The notes: generated by a model from the letters alone, not told the origin. Positions 12,801-28,726 are shown, counted from the stretch's first letter. The stretch is 64,000 nucleotides of DNA from Octopus sinensis (GCF_006345805.1 NC_042998.1:86862001-86926000), one strand, 5' to 3'. Numbers and translations are program-made.

Positions 12801-15405
12801 ATTCCCCACTCACACATCCTACTTCTTGGCAACACTCTACCTGCACCTGCCATCATTCATTTCTTTCTTCTTTCCTCTACCATCCCATCTATGCCCTGAT
12901 CTTTGTTCCTTGCAAGCATACCCTAGCACTAACTGCCATCCCTCTCTTGTTCTTTCTGTCTCCTACTTTCTCTCTCTCCCTTACTCTTCCTTCTTGTTGA
13001 ATAATCATGAATTTCCTCTACAACAACAAACTTGTTTCTGTCCTCATTCTTGATCAATCTCTCTCCCTCCTTCTGTTTAGGTAACCATGTCTCTCCTGTA
13101 CAGCAGCACATCTCTTTCTTGTTAACTCCCCCTCTCTCACTAGGTTACCATGTCCTACATCTTCAGCAGCACACCTGTTTCTGCTCTCATTCTCGTTATT
13201 TCTCACTCTCTTTCTGTCCTCTTCCTCTCTTTCTCTTTCTCTCTCTCTCCCTCCCTCTCTCTGGCTTGGTAACCATTTACCTCCTCTGCAGCAAGACATC
13301 TATTTCTGTCTCCCTGTTACAGTCTAACCTTTCATCATCTGACACAAGAACACCTCCTCCAATGCCCCCTCAACTTTTAAAGATTCCTTGTCTTTCAAAA
13401 TTACTTAGTGTCCCTGCTTGTACAGGTGCCACTTAAAAAGCACCCACTCCACACTGTAAAGTGGTTGATATCTGGAAGAGCAGCTAGCTGTAAAAATCAT
13501 ACCAAAACTGACCTTAATTCTGCTGATGTCACATAAAATGCACTCAGCCCACTCTGCAGAGTGTTTGGTGTTAGAAAGGGCATCCAGTCATAAAAAACCA
13601 TGCCAAAACATACACAGAAATATGACACAGACTCCTACTTGGCCAGCTCCTGTCAAACTGTTCAACCCATGCCAGTATGGAAGGAGAGCATTAAATCATG
13701 ATGATGATCATGCAAAATGTTGCTAGAAATCCAGAACTATTTTGAGATTTGCTTTTTAACATGAATTTAATGGAAGAAAGAAAGTTTCTCCCTGAGGTCG
13801 TCTCTAGAAAGAAGGACTATAAACTATAAGTAATATTTGTTAAGGGACTAAGGCAGCAAGCTGACAGAATCGTTAGCATGCCATGCAAAATGCTTGGTGG
13901 CATTTCGTCCATCTTCATGTACTGAGTTCAAATTCTGCTGAGGTCAACTTTGCTTTTCATCCATTTGGGAGTTGATAAAATAAGTACCAGTTGAACACTG
14001 GAGTTGATGTAATTTAGTTAACCCCTCCCTCAAAATTGCTGGCTTTGTGCCAGTTTTTGAAAATAATATTTCTTGAGAGACTGGGACAGAGACAAAGAGA
14101 GATAATGGTAGCAGTAAGAAATAGAGAAACACTACAATATGTATGAATTATAATGAAGTATAAGGACCAGGTTTAGTTAAAGAGTCTGGGCTACTGTCTC
14201 TTCAATTATGAGTCAAAATTTACTGTTATTTATATGTTTGCCTCTTAACTCTTAAATGGTCAAGTACCACACTGAGCATAAAGACTACATTCTCAAGAAT
14301 GATTCTTGCAATGATTAGAAGTTGTGACTGCGTCCTACATATTTTTTTAATGATTCCATTAAAACAAATTATAGAAGGAGAAAAAATCTTTTTACCACTA
14401 GTTTAATTTTCTGTGATAGAATAAGAATGATTTTCATTATCACTAAGGCAGTTTTTTGCCAAAAAGTTAAAACTCATAAAAACGTTCATTTCAAGGTTAA
14501 AACCAAAGATAAAAGGTATTTTTTAAATGATTAATCATTGTAACAAATCACTTTTTAAAGTTAATAAAGTTAAAATCAAGTAAAAAAAAGTTAAAACAAG
14601 GTTTTAAAAAGATGAAATTTCTCTAAAAAGTAATTTCTTTTTAGATTCTGAAAAGAATAAATAAATTTATTGATATATATATTTATGTATTGATTAAACC
14701 TAAATTTGATATATATTTCTGCAAATTTTTAGTAGAACTGTTGTCTGGGGCTATCACTTTGGAGCTCTTTTTAGCACTCCCTATGACTTGTCCTACCTTT
14801 CAATTTTTTTTTATTCTCAACTCATTTGTTTCTGTAATAGTAATTGTTGTTGTTGCTTCTACTTTTGTTCTTGCAGTTGTAGCTGCTGCTGCTGTTGTTC
14901 ATTCAGTTGTTGTTGTTTCTGCCATTGTTCTGGCAGTTGTAGCTACTGCTGTTGTTGCTTCTGCCGTTGTTCTGGCAGTTGTAGCTGCTGCTGTTGTTCT
15001 TTCAGTTGCTGTTGTTGCTGTTTTTGCAGCCCGAGCAAACCAGCCAACAAATTTTCCCAAATTTTGCAATTTTTATTTTCCGTAAATTCACACCAAAAAA
15101 GCTTTTGTGCGTTTGTTAATTCCTCATTGACACTGTTTTCATCCTTAATGTTGGATTGTTATAATATCCACTCAGGTATAGTAGCATAGTTAGTAAGACA
15201 AGTAAGACTACAACTATCTATGACCATATATTTCATATTCTCTCTCAACACTGACAGACATCCTCTTATTTATAATGACTACCACATACCATTTGTCATG
15301 TGGGATGGGTGAACGATTATTATTCTTATCCCCACAACAAGAATACTCATACATCACAAAGTAATTAAAACTAGAGAGAGCTCCTAAATGTTTATGGATA
15401 TATTA

Positions 15406-15475
<70 letters not shown>

Positions 15476-18400
15476 GCTTAAAATGAAGTTAAAATGTGTC
15501 AAAGTAAAAAAGTAAGATTTAAAAATTATGAAAATAAGGTTAAAATCAAGTAATTTTCAAGGTTAAAAAATGTTTCTTGACAATTACTCATATAAACAAG
15601 ACAATTCCAAACATTTTTCTATAAATTTTAAGAAAGACAAAAATTCCCTGAAAGGATAGCTTTTATATTAAATTGTTTAAGAATTAAGTTTAGATCAACA
15701 GTCTAGAAAATTATAACTTTATATACAATTTTGTCTAAGAATATATATTTTTTCTTCTCATTCTACTAACATAATGAAGTACATTTTTATGTACTACTTC
15801 ATTTGTTTTAGGTGGAGTACAGTAAATTCAGTCTTAGCTTGAAAACTTTGGATGGTAAACCATTCACTGCTCTTAAAGTTATTCCAGTAGAATCAGTAAT
15901 AGAAACAACTATAGCTCTGAGTGTTAATAATCCTGATGAACTTGATTATGAAAAGGAAAAACAAATGACATTTAAGGTAGGTATGTTCTTGAGTTTAATT
16001 TGAATGAATGTAACTTGATATAAGCATGGGATGAAATTTAGTATTGTACAAATAAACTTCAAATCTGTTGCTATCCCCTTCATATTTTATACATTATCCT
16101 TTAACATAGCTTACTGTCATTTAAAAATATGGTAAACAAGTTTTCCAATTTTAACATATAGTGTGCAGTGCAGTGAGATAAAGGAGTTCACTTTATTATC
16201 ACACAGTCTTAAGTGGTATCTCAACTTTACCCATAGGTATAGGAACCCACAAATTACATTAGTGGTCAGTTTTCTTTTGCTTCCACACACTGTGTGTCTT
16301 TCTAGCAAGCAACTTTTCCTAACACTCTCCTAAGGTCACACAAGCTTAATTTTTGTCATTCTGCTTCTACCACTAAACTGCTGACTACTACTATAACCTT
16401 GTCCACTGACCCTGCATGTGAATAAAAGCTGTAAACAATATTTTTCTTTCCCATGTTTAATTATTACACTTGTTATTACACAGAGTTTGAACAATTTAAC
16501 CATAACATAACTTATTACAGTTGTGTTTCGGTGTTATCACTTTCCCGCATCTGCATTTATCACTCTTTGATACACTTTATCTCGCCAAGTTTGTTGAGGA
16601 CATCACAGGATGCATGATTCGTAAAACTTAGTTGTGATGTACTCCGTTTTGATATTTCATCCCAATTCATCTCTCTGTCAGTTAGGTACTTTTCTTCTCT
16701 TGTCATTTGTCCATGTTGAGAAGCTCTCTTTGAAAAACATTGAGGGAATAAATAAAAGAAGGAAAATGGCAGTGATTATTTGTTGATGCTAATAAATTGT
16801 CCCATATCTCTGCACTTTCAAAGACAACTGGGCTAAAATATCTTTACTTGAAAAATAAGTAAGGTTTAACAACAGGAAGAGCATCTGACTGTAAAAATAG
16901 TTCCTCAATAAATATTGAATCCATGTGAGACTGGAAAAGCAAACATAAAATGAAGAAATGAAGAAACAAATGTTCAATTCAACAGATCATATCTTTATAT
17001 GTATGGTACAGGATTGAAGCATATTAGATTTGAAATCTAATAATTGTAAAATACCACATGGCACATATGTATATAGGTGAAAGCCATGAGTATTCAGGGT
17101 TGGTTACAGGATTTCTGTAATGTTGTGTTTCTTCTTAAACTTCTAACAGATCTTTTTGAAGAGTGTCATTTTGTTAAAATATACTTACAAATTTTCTTGT
17201 GTGCATTTTCACTAAGTTTTGCTATGAGCTCAGAGGAATTGTTTTATCTATCCAGCCAGTATTTAAAGCAATTAAAATTTAATTATTATCAAAATATAGA
17301 GATAAAAAGGGCACGTGGAATACTTTGTGATGTCCTAGTTCAGTGGCCTATTATTTTGAACCTCTTGAGTTATGATGAAGTCAACCAATAGGATTTTACT
17401 TCAGGTTTTACATTTCTCAATATTATAATGATAATGAAGGGAGAGGAGAAGTTTTTGAAGTCAAAGCTGAACATAGCAACAATGATAATAATGAGGATGT
17501 TGATAGCAACAATGATGACGACAACAATGATAAGAGATTAACATTTTTTCGAAAATGAATTACATACTTTGTTATTGTTGTGGTTGGTCTCAGGTTCAGT
17601 CCCACTGCATGGCATCTTGAGCAAATGTCTTCTACTATAGCATCAGGTTAACCAATGCCTTGTGAAATTCCGTCAGTGGAAACTGTGTGGAAGCCCATCG
17701 TGTGTGTGCATGCGTGTTTGTTGTCCCCTCACTGCTTGACAACTGGTATTGATTTGTTTATTTCTAACTTACCAGTTTTTTGGGGGGAAAAAACGATAGA
17801 ATAAATACCAGACTTGAAAAAATAAGTAATAGAGTCAATTTTTTTTATCAGACCCTTGAAGGTGGTGCCCCTTTTTTATTTATGAATTTTCCAGATTGTT
17901 GCTGAAGATAAAGCTTCATCTAAAGCCAGTGAAGCTAATGTTACTCTAGAAATATTGCCTGTGGATGAATTTCTTCCCCAATTTTCTCAGCAAAAATATC
18001 AAGTAAATGTCTCTGAAGATAAAACTGTTGGTAATCTGATCACCATAACTGTAAGTATGAAATAATTTCCCTTTAAATATTTAAGACAAATTGTTAATAA
18101 TTCAATAATTTTATAGACAATTAACATCATCTTTAAAATGCATATATACAGTCTTTATATCTCTACCATGTTTTTAATTGTTTGATCACTGATCATCTCA
18201 GGTACATTTTCTCGGATATGTACATACTGACCACTGTACATGCAGCAATAGCCTATGGATAAGGACTTTATCCTGAGCTTAGGAAAAATGGTTTTGAATC
18301 AAATCTAGCATGGTATCATGCATATATCAAGTGGTATAATAAATGATTATGAGCAGAAAGCAGCCTAATCAGAACATTGTGTACATATAAAAATATACAT

Positions 18401-21400
18401 CTAAATAAGAAAATGTATAATCTTATTAAATTCACTTTATTTTTCAACCACAATTATTCATGAGGCCAATTTAGGCTCTTTTGTATTAATGTGATCAGAG
18501 ATGCATTTTCTGTTGTATAAAAAAGTTGTCTTTAGATTTTTCCCATGGTGGGATTTGAATTTATAATTGTAGTCATTTCTAAAGTTCTATCTAACCAACA
18601 GTAGTTACAGAGTTAGTTTCTGAGATAACTATCACAACCATTTTGTGCTGGTTTATCCATATTTGTATGAGTTAGAAGTGTTTTCCACAGTACAAAATTT
18701 CCCTCTTGTTTTAGTTCTTTATTGTCCCCTTGGTGAGCGGTTCCATCACTTGAGATCGATCAACAAATTGTTGATCATGTATAATTGGACCTTACTTTGC
18801 ATTTTGAAGATCTGTAGGGTCAAATGAGTGTGCTGGGGTTGCTTAGGTTTAATTTTTGGATGCTGATAAATGAAGTTACACAGTACCATGAGATGGTCTT
18901 GGAAAGAAATGCTTTTCAATTGCAGTAGTACTAGCATGGTTGTTTAACACAGAATCCAGAGAACTTTTGCTGTGTCTTGTTGATTTGGCTATAAGATGAG
19001 GCAGAAAAAAAATGTTCTTAATGTTGAAAAGTGTCTTTTTTTATGCTTTATCCAGGGTCAAGATGCAAATTCTATATTCCAAAAATATTTATAGATTCTT
19101 TCACATACTTGTTCTTTCCCTTGCTCACTCACTTACTTCCTTCCTCCTTCCCTCCCCCCTTTCTTTAACTCTGTGGAGGAGTGAAGGGAGACATCAGAAT
19201 CGGAAGCAAGGGAAAAAGAGTGATGTCAGGACTGGAAGTGAGAGGAAATGGCATCATGTCAAAAGTGAGACATTTGAAAAGCTACTTTCTTCATCAAGAT
19301 GTTGATGGGGACAGACATATGGAAGGGATCTCAGAGGGAGAGTAGTTTCTGGCCAGGAGTTGGGGTAGTGTACACATGTAGGTATGGCCAATGAATTCCA
19401 CTGATCCTTGTGAAGTGAAACTTGATACACTTTTCTGATTTTCTTTTGAGGTAAGAGCATTCTAATTTTTTCCTTTCCTTCTAGGAATTTGCAATTTATT
19501 TATCAACAACAATATTACATACCCACATCCATAGATATGTATACGTGTATGTCAACATGACCAAACAGTCTGAGCTGACATTCCTGAATCATATAAGTAA
19601 TAGATTGCATCACAGTTTCTGTGTATAGTCCTTGGTTGGATATAAAATTCAACCAGTGGACCCATAATCTTGCAAAGTGTCCTGGTACCAAAGGAATTCA
19701 GGCTGCTCCTTCTAGTTTTAAGTCCTAAAATTCATCATTAATTAATTTGTAGTATAATATCTTAGCTAATTTTTTCAGTTATGGAAATATTTATTTATAT
19801 TTTAGGCTACTGATGATGATTCAGGCAAAGATGGAGAAGTGACATATGCAATATTTGGAGACAATAGGTAAGTAAATAATATTCAGATTGTGATTTTGTT
19901 TGTATATGAAAGTTGAAATTGAATCTAATTGCTGGTTCCTTTCTTTGTATCTTACATTTAGCATTGCTTTATATCATAAATTTTAATTTGTTGATTACAT
20001 TATAAAGTAAAATGCTAGACATATACTTATAGATGCATGAAAAATCAATCTTTCTTTCAAACAAAAACATAATTATTACATAGCAATGAAATATTATCAT
20101 AACACCACCTAAAAATAAAGATAAAAGTGTATAGCACACAACTAGAATTTTAAAATATGCTCCAAATACTAGGCCTTGCTATCTCTGAGGTAGGGTAGGT
20201 TTTCCTTGTCAAAAACACATACTCAATATAGTAAAGATTGCATCAAATAGACTGACCTTCCCTTTCAGGCACCCCCGCCAAAAAAAAAGAAAATACTTCA
20301 TTCTCCAAAAATTATTTACCTCGTACTAAGTTGAAGAAAACCTCACAACTGTGTGTTGTGCCTATATTGGATTACATAATTTTTTTTTTTATATTTTACT
20401 TAATTTTTTTGTCTTAAGTTCAAATCTTGCCAAAATCAATTGTACCATTCTTTCTCTGGGGTTGATAAAATACGTTGTAGTCATGTTTAAATGAATTCAA
20501 ATATATGTGTATGCAATCTTCATGCATAATGCATTGTAGTGACATGGTTAACAATGAAACCTTCATTTTGTAATTATATCTTTGTTTTGAAGTATATTGT
20601 CTTAGAAATAGTTGACTTTACTTTTCAGAAATTAAGCTATTCAGTTTCACTTACTTTTGCTTTTTCTAGTTTTGTATATACTTATGTCTTCTCATTTTCT
20701 CTTCTGAAACAGTTTCACTATAGACAGCAAAAGCGGTACTATATCAGTCTCAAAGAAGCTGGATTATGAAAAAGTAACTTTTTATAGTTTACTTGTTGAA
20801 GCCACTGATGGAGGTAATCGAAAAGCGACTGTTGATTTAGATGTTTTTGTGAAGGGCATTAATGATAATGCCCCTATATTCAGACCAAAATTCTATACTG
20901 GACTTCTGAAAGAGGGCAAAACCAGTTTTGAGTATGAAATCACTGTTCAAGTAAGTTATTCATTGTCTGTATTTTATTCCATTGTCTTGACGTGCTTGCA
21001 TGAAATAGATTTCACTGTAGTCTCATATAATTACAGAAATTATTCTTGTCAACACTTTTTAGCATTCAGCTTTTTATCCAATGGATTAAACCAGGCTTTA
21101 TTTCTTTTTCTGTATTTTTTATTGTTGTTTGTGATGAGAGAAAACTAGGTTCTTGCACATAATTGCTTGAAAAACACAGTAATGTATTCTATAACCTCTA
21201 TAGATAGCAAAAATCTGCACTGGAGATTAAAATATAATCTAGAACAATCTGCCATTTAACTAAAATATTATAACATCTATGATGAAACAACTCTTTTCTT
21301 TAGTCAAGAGATCCTTCTACAATGATAAACTTCAAATTGAACAAAAATAATAAAAATTCCATAAGACCTATAAAAATCATTTCATCGCATAAACTTAAAA

Positions 21401-24400
21401 TCTTTCTAAATGATATGAACCAAATGAAAAATAGATGTAATTATTAAAATAAGTAATCTATTCCTCTGGATAATCAGTGTGCAAGTTAAATACATTGCAT
21501 ATCAGACAAATACAATTGAGAACAGAATTTGCTGTGCTGTATTAGACAGGGTGTTTGTGGGTAAATTTGACAGCTTGCACAAAAGGAAAACAAAACAAAA
21601 TATCTCATCTAAAAATATCAACTAGATTATAACTGCAAGATAACAGTTTATACAAAGTAGTCACTCTTAGCTTCCAGCACAGCCTCAAAGGGATTCCAGA
21701 ACCTGGTTCATGCATTCCTCACTGTGTCCCTGAGAAGATCTTCAAATACCACCTTCATCTTGGCTACCAGCTCAGCCTTGATGTTGCAGGCAGAGTGGTT
21801 AGTGTTTTTCACAATCATGCTCTGTGAGATTACATATGGGAGGAATTAGTTGACCGGAAATTGGGGCTTTTGATGTAGAAATTCTCTGACAACCACTTCT
21901 GACTCTTTCTGGAGGTATGGCAGGGAGCTGAAATCTACTACCACACATATGGCCTTCCAGCAGCAATACTCTCTAGCCAAGGATTGCCCACTGTCTCCAG
22001 TAGCTTTACATAGCTGTCTGAATTGAGCCTAAGGCCTTGTTCAGAGAAGTGGGTTGACATGATGTCACCCTCACTGAAGATACACCCAAAGACCATCACA
22101 GTTTAGAGGAACTGGTTTTCATATGTAGAATATCACATGAATTGTAGGCAAGATACCTGGTGTTCTGGATGTTGTGTAACTAGTTTTGGCAGAAGTTCTT
22201 TCCATCTGAGGAGAACCAGATCATCCCTGGCTCAACATGATACCTCAGCATTTTCAGGAGCTTTTTTGCCTTTATCAAGCAGTTCTTGGTGGTGAGTCTA
22301 ATGCCCATTTCTCTTGCCAAAGTCCTGATTCTTTTGCTCAGATCTTCCATTATCTAGTCCAGTAGTTTTGGGATTAATCATGGAATGCAGACACAATCAG
22401 AATGCCTGTTGTGTCCCTTCCTACTGACCACGCAACTGTCCATGTCACATCTTACAGCCTTTACAGTGTTCACAGAGCATTGAGCAACAGTCATGGTATC
22501 AGCATTTTCTTACCTGGTGTGGACCATCATGATACAGGTAAATTTTTCCAATATTCAGAAAGCGTCCAGTCCTCTGTGTCAGTTATCTTTTTCTCAACTA
22601 CAGCTTTAATCTTAATGCTCTCTCCAACACCAATGACTGTTCACCAATACATCAAGATGTTCCTGATAAAAGGAGATATAAAAAGTGTCAAATTTAGCCC
22701 AGACATCCCGTGCATAGGCTTAAAAAACCCCACAAATTTAAGAGCTGACTATGCCAACAATGAGTTCATTCAAGAGCCATCACAAAGAAAATTATGCATC
22801 ATTCTGAAAACAAATTTGGCAAAGAAAAGATATGGGTGAGTGTATTGATATTGTATAAACTCTCTTGGGCAGATCAAAATGCTGCTGTTAATGTTTAACT
22901 GAGAAATATCATATTGTAAACTACCCAACCCAGTATTGAAAAACAGAGCCAATGATAATTTTGGTCAACAAAGGCAGGATTGGCAGTAATGTTTATATGC
23001 ATCCACTACTGGTTGAATATTTTTCACTTTTTACGTATTCCCAATATTACAGTTATTATATAATTCCAAGCTCCTAGCAGCAGCTATCAGACCTGAAATA
23101 CCATGCCTCCTCCCCTTAGTTTTATGTACCTTTTATACTTCATGTAAATTTGTTCTGTAAATATACAAGTATTTATGTTCTTATACACGAATGTTCATCT
23201 TCTGAATATATATACGTGTATATATATCTATAAGCATGTATGTATGTCTCTATAAATACAGTCATCGGTGTGTGGGCTTGTATGTGGTGTGTGTCTCTCT
23301 CTACACATACACATATAGGCATTCATGCAAGGTCAAAATCATGCATAACTACATCCAGTGGGAGCAAACAACTAAGTCTGTATGTATAAATTTGTATGTA
23401 AGTATTTGTCATAGCACTAGTATTAGTGTGAACCCAAATAGTGATTAATGTGCAAGCAGACATAAGTGTGTCTGTGCTCTCGCATGTGTGTATATATGTA
23501 TATGTGCCTGTATATGTGTATGTGCATGTTTATGACTATATATGTATATGTGGATGCATACAGATCTATCTGCCTATTGATGTAAAAAAATATTGATAAG
23601 TCTGTGTATGTATGTGAAATGGTGCACATGCATGTATAAATGTGTGTGTGTGTGTGTGTGTGAGTGAGTACATATTTGTGTAAATAGGCGTATGTTGGGA
23701 TATAGATGTGTGCCAAATAGTAAGTGTTATGACCTTACTACCACCCGGAATGATGTCTGGCCATATGATGTCATGTTGGCAAGGATGGCTAACTATCAAA
23801 GGATTTATTACCACCAGCTCATTTCCAGAATAGCAAGACAGATATTGACAGACTTAATGGATTTGTTTTATTTTAATTTATTGTATGCTTTATTTTCCTT
23901 AATCTTTACATTGTATTATTTTCTTAATTACATCCTGTTTGTATCCACAGCTTAGCACTTGATTTATTCTTTGCAGTTCCTACTCAATGTATCTTAAATA
24001 TGACTGCTATCAACATGCTCTAGTTGATATGAAAAGTGAAATATTACTTATGTAATGAGAAACTGTGTTGCATCACCTAAAGAGATACTTCTGCCCCATG
24101 TGGTGCATCATATTTCATTGTATAGTCTCCCAGCTGTATGGGAGAGTTGCATGATATGTTGAAACGATCATTGTGACAATAAAGTTTCTAGTATATTCTA
24201 TCTTTCGCATCTATTGTTTTTACTGAGGAATTCCTGACATAGAGCCAGCAATGATTGTGCAATTATCATGGATGACACCAGGTAGCCATAGGCAGTGAAC
24301 ATTCTTTATCAGCATTCTACTAGAGAAACAGCTAACACAAAGTTTAAATTTTGAATTTAAATTTAAACTTTACTTTTAAAACACACACACATACACACAC

Positions 24401-27400
24401 ACACACACTCATACACATATATATGTATGTATATGCATTCACTTTGAAAATGTCATAAATGATAGACCCTTGAGGAAATTGCAACAACTAGGATGCATAA
24501 TTGCATACAGAGCAATGTGCAATTTCTGCAGTAGAGACATATGTAGGTCATGGTTATATAATTTCTTGAAACTTATTGATATTTGAATTCTTGACTATGA
24601 ACTTTAGAGCCTTCCATTCTTGCCAGTGTAACATAATTTGCATATGAGCTTTGAAAATATATTAAAAAATAAAAGAAATTCTCTTCCTTTTTTAATCTAT
24701 CAAATTACTATTATGTAGGATTTCATCATGAAGGAAACCATCCTAATGTGGGGAGGGCATTATGTTTCTGTATATGAAACACTTTAAACGCCATTTATAC
24801 ATTTAATGTACCCCTAAAATTTACCTGAATTTATATATTTTTACCAAATTTATTTACCCCTGAAGTTAAAAATTTTGAACTCTTATCCAACAATTCACAT
24901 AAACATCAAATTCTTAATTGATTGGAACCATTCCTTTTGGAAGCTTTTACCTTGGAGCTTTGTCTCTTTATTTGTCACTTCTCCATTTGGTACCTGAACC
25001 CAACGTACATATTGCATGGTTTTTACATATAACTTTTACATGTAATTTTATTCACTTATTTATATAAATTTATATGTATATTTATTTATTGTGTGCTTTA
25101 AATTATACTTTGAAATTTTTATTGATTACCTAGATGTGTTCCTTCTATAATTTCTCTTATCCTTTGATTTAGCTCGCAATGAGCACTTCTTAATAAAACC
25201 CATATATTGTGAAGCAGGATTAAAAACATGCTTTATAAGAAAATTTAACTTAAAATATATATATACTACACTCACGGAGTAGTTGGCGTTAGGAAGGGCA
25301 TCCAGCTGTAGAAACACTGCCAAATCAGACTAGAGACTGGTGCAGCCTCCATGGCTTACCAGACTCCGGTCGAACCGTCCAACCCATGCTAGCATGGAAA
25401 ATGGACGTTAAAGGATGATGATGATGATAATCATCATCATCATCATTGTTTAATGTCCGCATTCCATGGTGGCATGAGTTGGATGGTTTGACTGAGGGCT
25501 TGCGAGCCACAAGGCTGCACCAGGCTCCAGTCCAATCTGGCAATGTTTTTACAGCTGGATGCCCCTCCTAACACTAACCAATCCTAGAGTATAGCAGATT
25601 CTTTTTATGTGCCACTGGCTCAAGGGCCAGTCAGGTGATATTGGCATTGGCCATGCTTGAATGGTGCCTTTTACATGCCACCAGCATGGGAGCCAGTCAG
25701 GCGGCACTGGCAACGACCACACTCGAATGGTGCTTTTACATGCCACCAGCACAGGGGCCAGTCAGATACAAATCTTACGTAATGAGGAGAGGTCAATTCA
25801 TGTCAGAAAAAACAAAAGAAAACTGTTTGATCAGATCCAAAAGGTTTTGAACAAACTTAAAATCCATCAGAAGATGGTGTGATTTGGTTTTTCTCATATA
25901 AGAAAAACTTTGACCAAGACCAGAAAACTAACAGAAGAAATGACAGATGGCTATATGCAAACCCTTCTGAGGTTTCAAGAGTAATGCACACAAAATTTCT
26001 TGTAAGTGTCATGGTTTTGGGTGTTGTTTGCAATGAAGGACATGTGATGCCTCCTCACTTTTTTCCACAAGGCCTTATGGTTAATGCTGCTGTGTATATT
26101 GAAGTTCTGGATAAAGTTGTTAAGCCTTGGATCAAAAGTGTATGCAATGGAAGGCCTTATGTCTTTCAGCAAGATTCTGCATCATCACACAAGGCTCAAA
26201 TGACACAAGAATGGATGGCCAACAATTTGCATGATCACATCACTCCCACCATTTAAACTCCTAATTCTCCAGATCTCAATCTGCTGGACTACTGTGTATG
26301 GAGTATCATTGACAAAAATCTCGATGAGCACCTCCATAGGACTTAAAATTCTTTGAACGGCGCCATAGTTTAAGTCATGTCTGATATGAACAGGGACAAC
26401 TTAATCCGAGCTTGTAAATGATTTTGACTCCACGTAGAGACACTTATTGATGCTTATGGTGGTTTTATTAGATGAAATTATTAAATTGATAAGTTAGCTT
26501 TATGTTGATGTTATTTTCATAAAAATACAATTTTTTTCTGTTACCAATTTTGAAACCACAAAATCTGTCCTCAAATACTATCTACCTGCACATGCACACA
26601 CACACACATACACACACACACACATGCTGGTTTTCCTCTTCTAAAGTGGTTGTAACTCATGAGACAGATCAGTTTTGGGGAATTCTCTATTGTAATTATT
26701 ATATATTATTTTTGTAAAAGTGGTTGGTTTGAAGAGTAATTTCTTGTTGATTTCTCTTTCACTATAGGCAACTGATGCTGATAAAGAGAATTCAGGTAAT
26801 TCTCAAGTAAAATATTCAATAGTAAATGCTAGTCAAAGCCTTTCAAACAGTTTTTCCATAAATGCACAAAATGGAATTATTACTCCATCAAATATAGATT
26901 ATGAAAGCCTGACTGATAATGTCATCCAGTTAGTAGTCAAAGCTGAAGATAATGGTAAACCAGTCAAGGAAGATACTGCCATTGTTAATATCACTGTATT
27001 GGTGAGTACTAAAAATCTAATATTTCTAACATTTTGACATTGTAAAAATATTGAATTAAGGTAAAGTCGTTAATTATATTAAATCAGATTGAATCTTGTA
27101 CTTAGGTCATGGAGCTATATTTGTGTAGCTGTCGACATCTTTGGAATGACATATAGATTAGTTTGGAATGATATCTCAAAAATCAAAGAAGTTATTTTAA
27201 AAAGAAATCCAATATTTTATCTTATGATATATTTTGCCAAGAGTAAGACAAGTGAATAGTTTTGTAACATATAAAAGAGTATTTTTTATTTAGCCTTAAG
27301 TTTCAGAATGTGTTGAGGAATCAGTCTTTAGTTACCTTTCTAACTTCTCAAGCATAAAATGCATAGCATTTTTTCTATCATTTGCTAGAATTTATATTTC

Positions 27401-28726
27401 AATTTTTGTTAAGATAAACGAAATCTGTTTCTCTCTATAAACAGATACAAAATTTCATTAGTAGGCTGGTCCAAATTGTCAACATTAATTGGAGTTATAA
27501 AAGAAATTTTCTCTTAATTAATAGTCAAGAAAAGGATAATCTTTATGTACCATGTTCACTCATCTTTTTGCATTCAATTTGTGTATTCATGTTATTTAGA
27601 ATATTAACTGAGTTAATACTTAATCTTTGTCTGAGTCTTTCTTGCATTGTTATAATTTCAAAGAAAATGCCTTCTGTTCAAACACAGATTTGTAACTATT
27701 GTTTTAATACCAAATTATCCTTTTTGCTACAGTATAGAAATGTAGATAATAAATTTAATAGCTTCCATTTGGAGAAAGTTTCTTCTTGTGATTAATTTGC
27801 CAATTAAATAAAAGGTGTTATGTTGGGTTGAAGAGTTTTATAATATGTATGGCTTCTTGGGAAATACTTCTTAACTAACATCAGGAATAACATCAATGTC
27901 AGCTACTCATGTGTCTAGATAATATAGCTTTAAACATTGCATGTCACAATAGGCACAAACACACAACTACACAGCCTCCAACCTACACCTGTGACTTAGA
28001 AATTCTGCCAACTTCTTGCTGAAAGGATCATACCAATCTAAAAAATCACTCTCACACTATCCAAAGGGCATTGTAAGACACTATATATGGGCATGACAGC
28101 CTACAACTTTATTGTTGCCACTAGAAGTATGCCTGCTTTATGAATTTCAAGTTGTTAGCCACATAAAACCCAAATCTCCCATTCTAGGTTTTGCTACCGC
28201 ATACACACAAGGGAAGGATATTTTATTCCTACTGCCCATATAGGCTACAACCCACCATGTTGATCACACATCATCAACGTAAAACTGCTGCCAATATGTT
28301 CAAACTCCACTGAATGATTACTGGACTTGTGCCAACATCTTACCCTACAACATGCAGTACTCAGTTCACAGAATTGATGTCATTTAATATACTATGCCAC
28401 AGCCCATTATCAAAGGGACACTAGCATCTTGCTGACATCATATCCAAACACATGGACCTTAGAAAAAATAACTGGTGTTAATTTGATAGCACTAATACCA
28501 TGTGATACTAACTGAACAATAGCGGCCTAAACACTTAGAAGCCATCTTGAATTTCTTTCAAACCCACCACTCTGCCTCTGATTGTTGAGAGAATGTATCC
28601 TCCTATCCATGAAACTCATGTGGAACTGAGTCAAACTATTATGAAGTATATGTGATTCCAAACAAATGTGCTGGGTGCTACTTTCTATCATTTGCTTACT
28701 CACCATACATACATACACTCACACAT

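Noticed and set aside
13000-13330. Spaced short repeats as a CRISPR-like array
   Set aside because: Units are degenerate and variable in length, the context is eukaryotic retroposon-derived, and there are no cas genes.
14788-15189. Cys-rich metallothionein-like ORF
   Set aside because: Out-of-frame antisense reading of a (CAG/CAA) Gypsy gag repeat.
19255-19300. TTGATGAAGAAAGTAGCTTTTCAAATGTC on the minus strand as a hammerhead relic
   Set aside because: Needs at least three substitutions in invariant positions and stem I cannot be formed.
27900-28500. Possible RNase H-bearing LINE 3' fragment
   Set aside because: Similarity too weak and broken to support a call.
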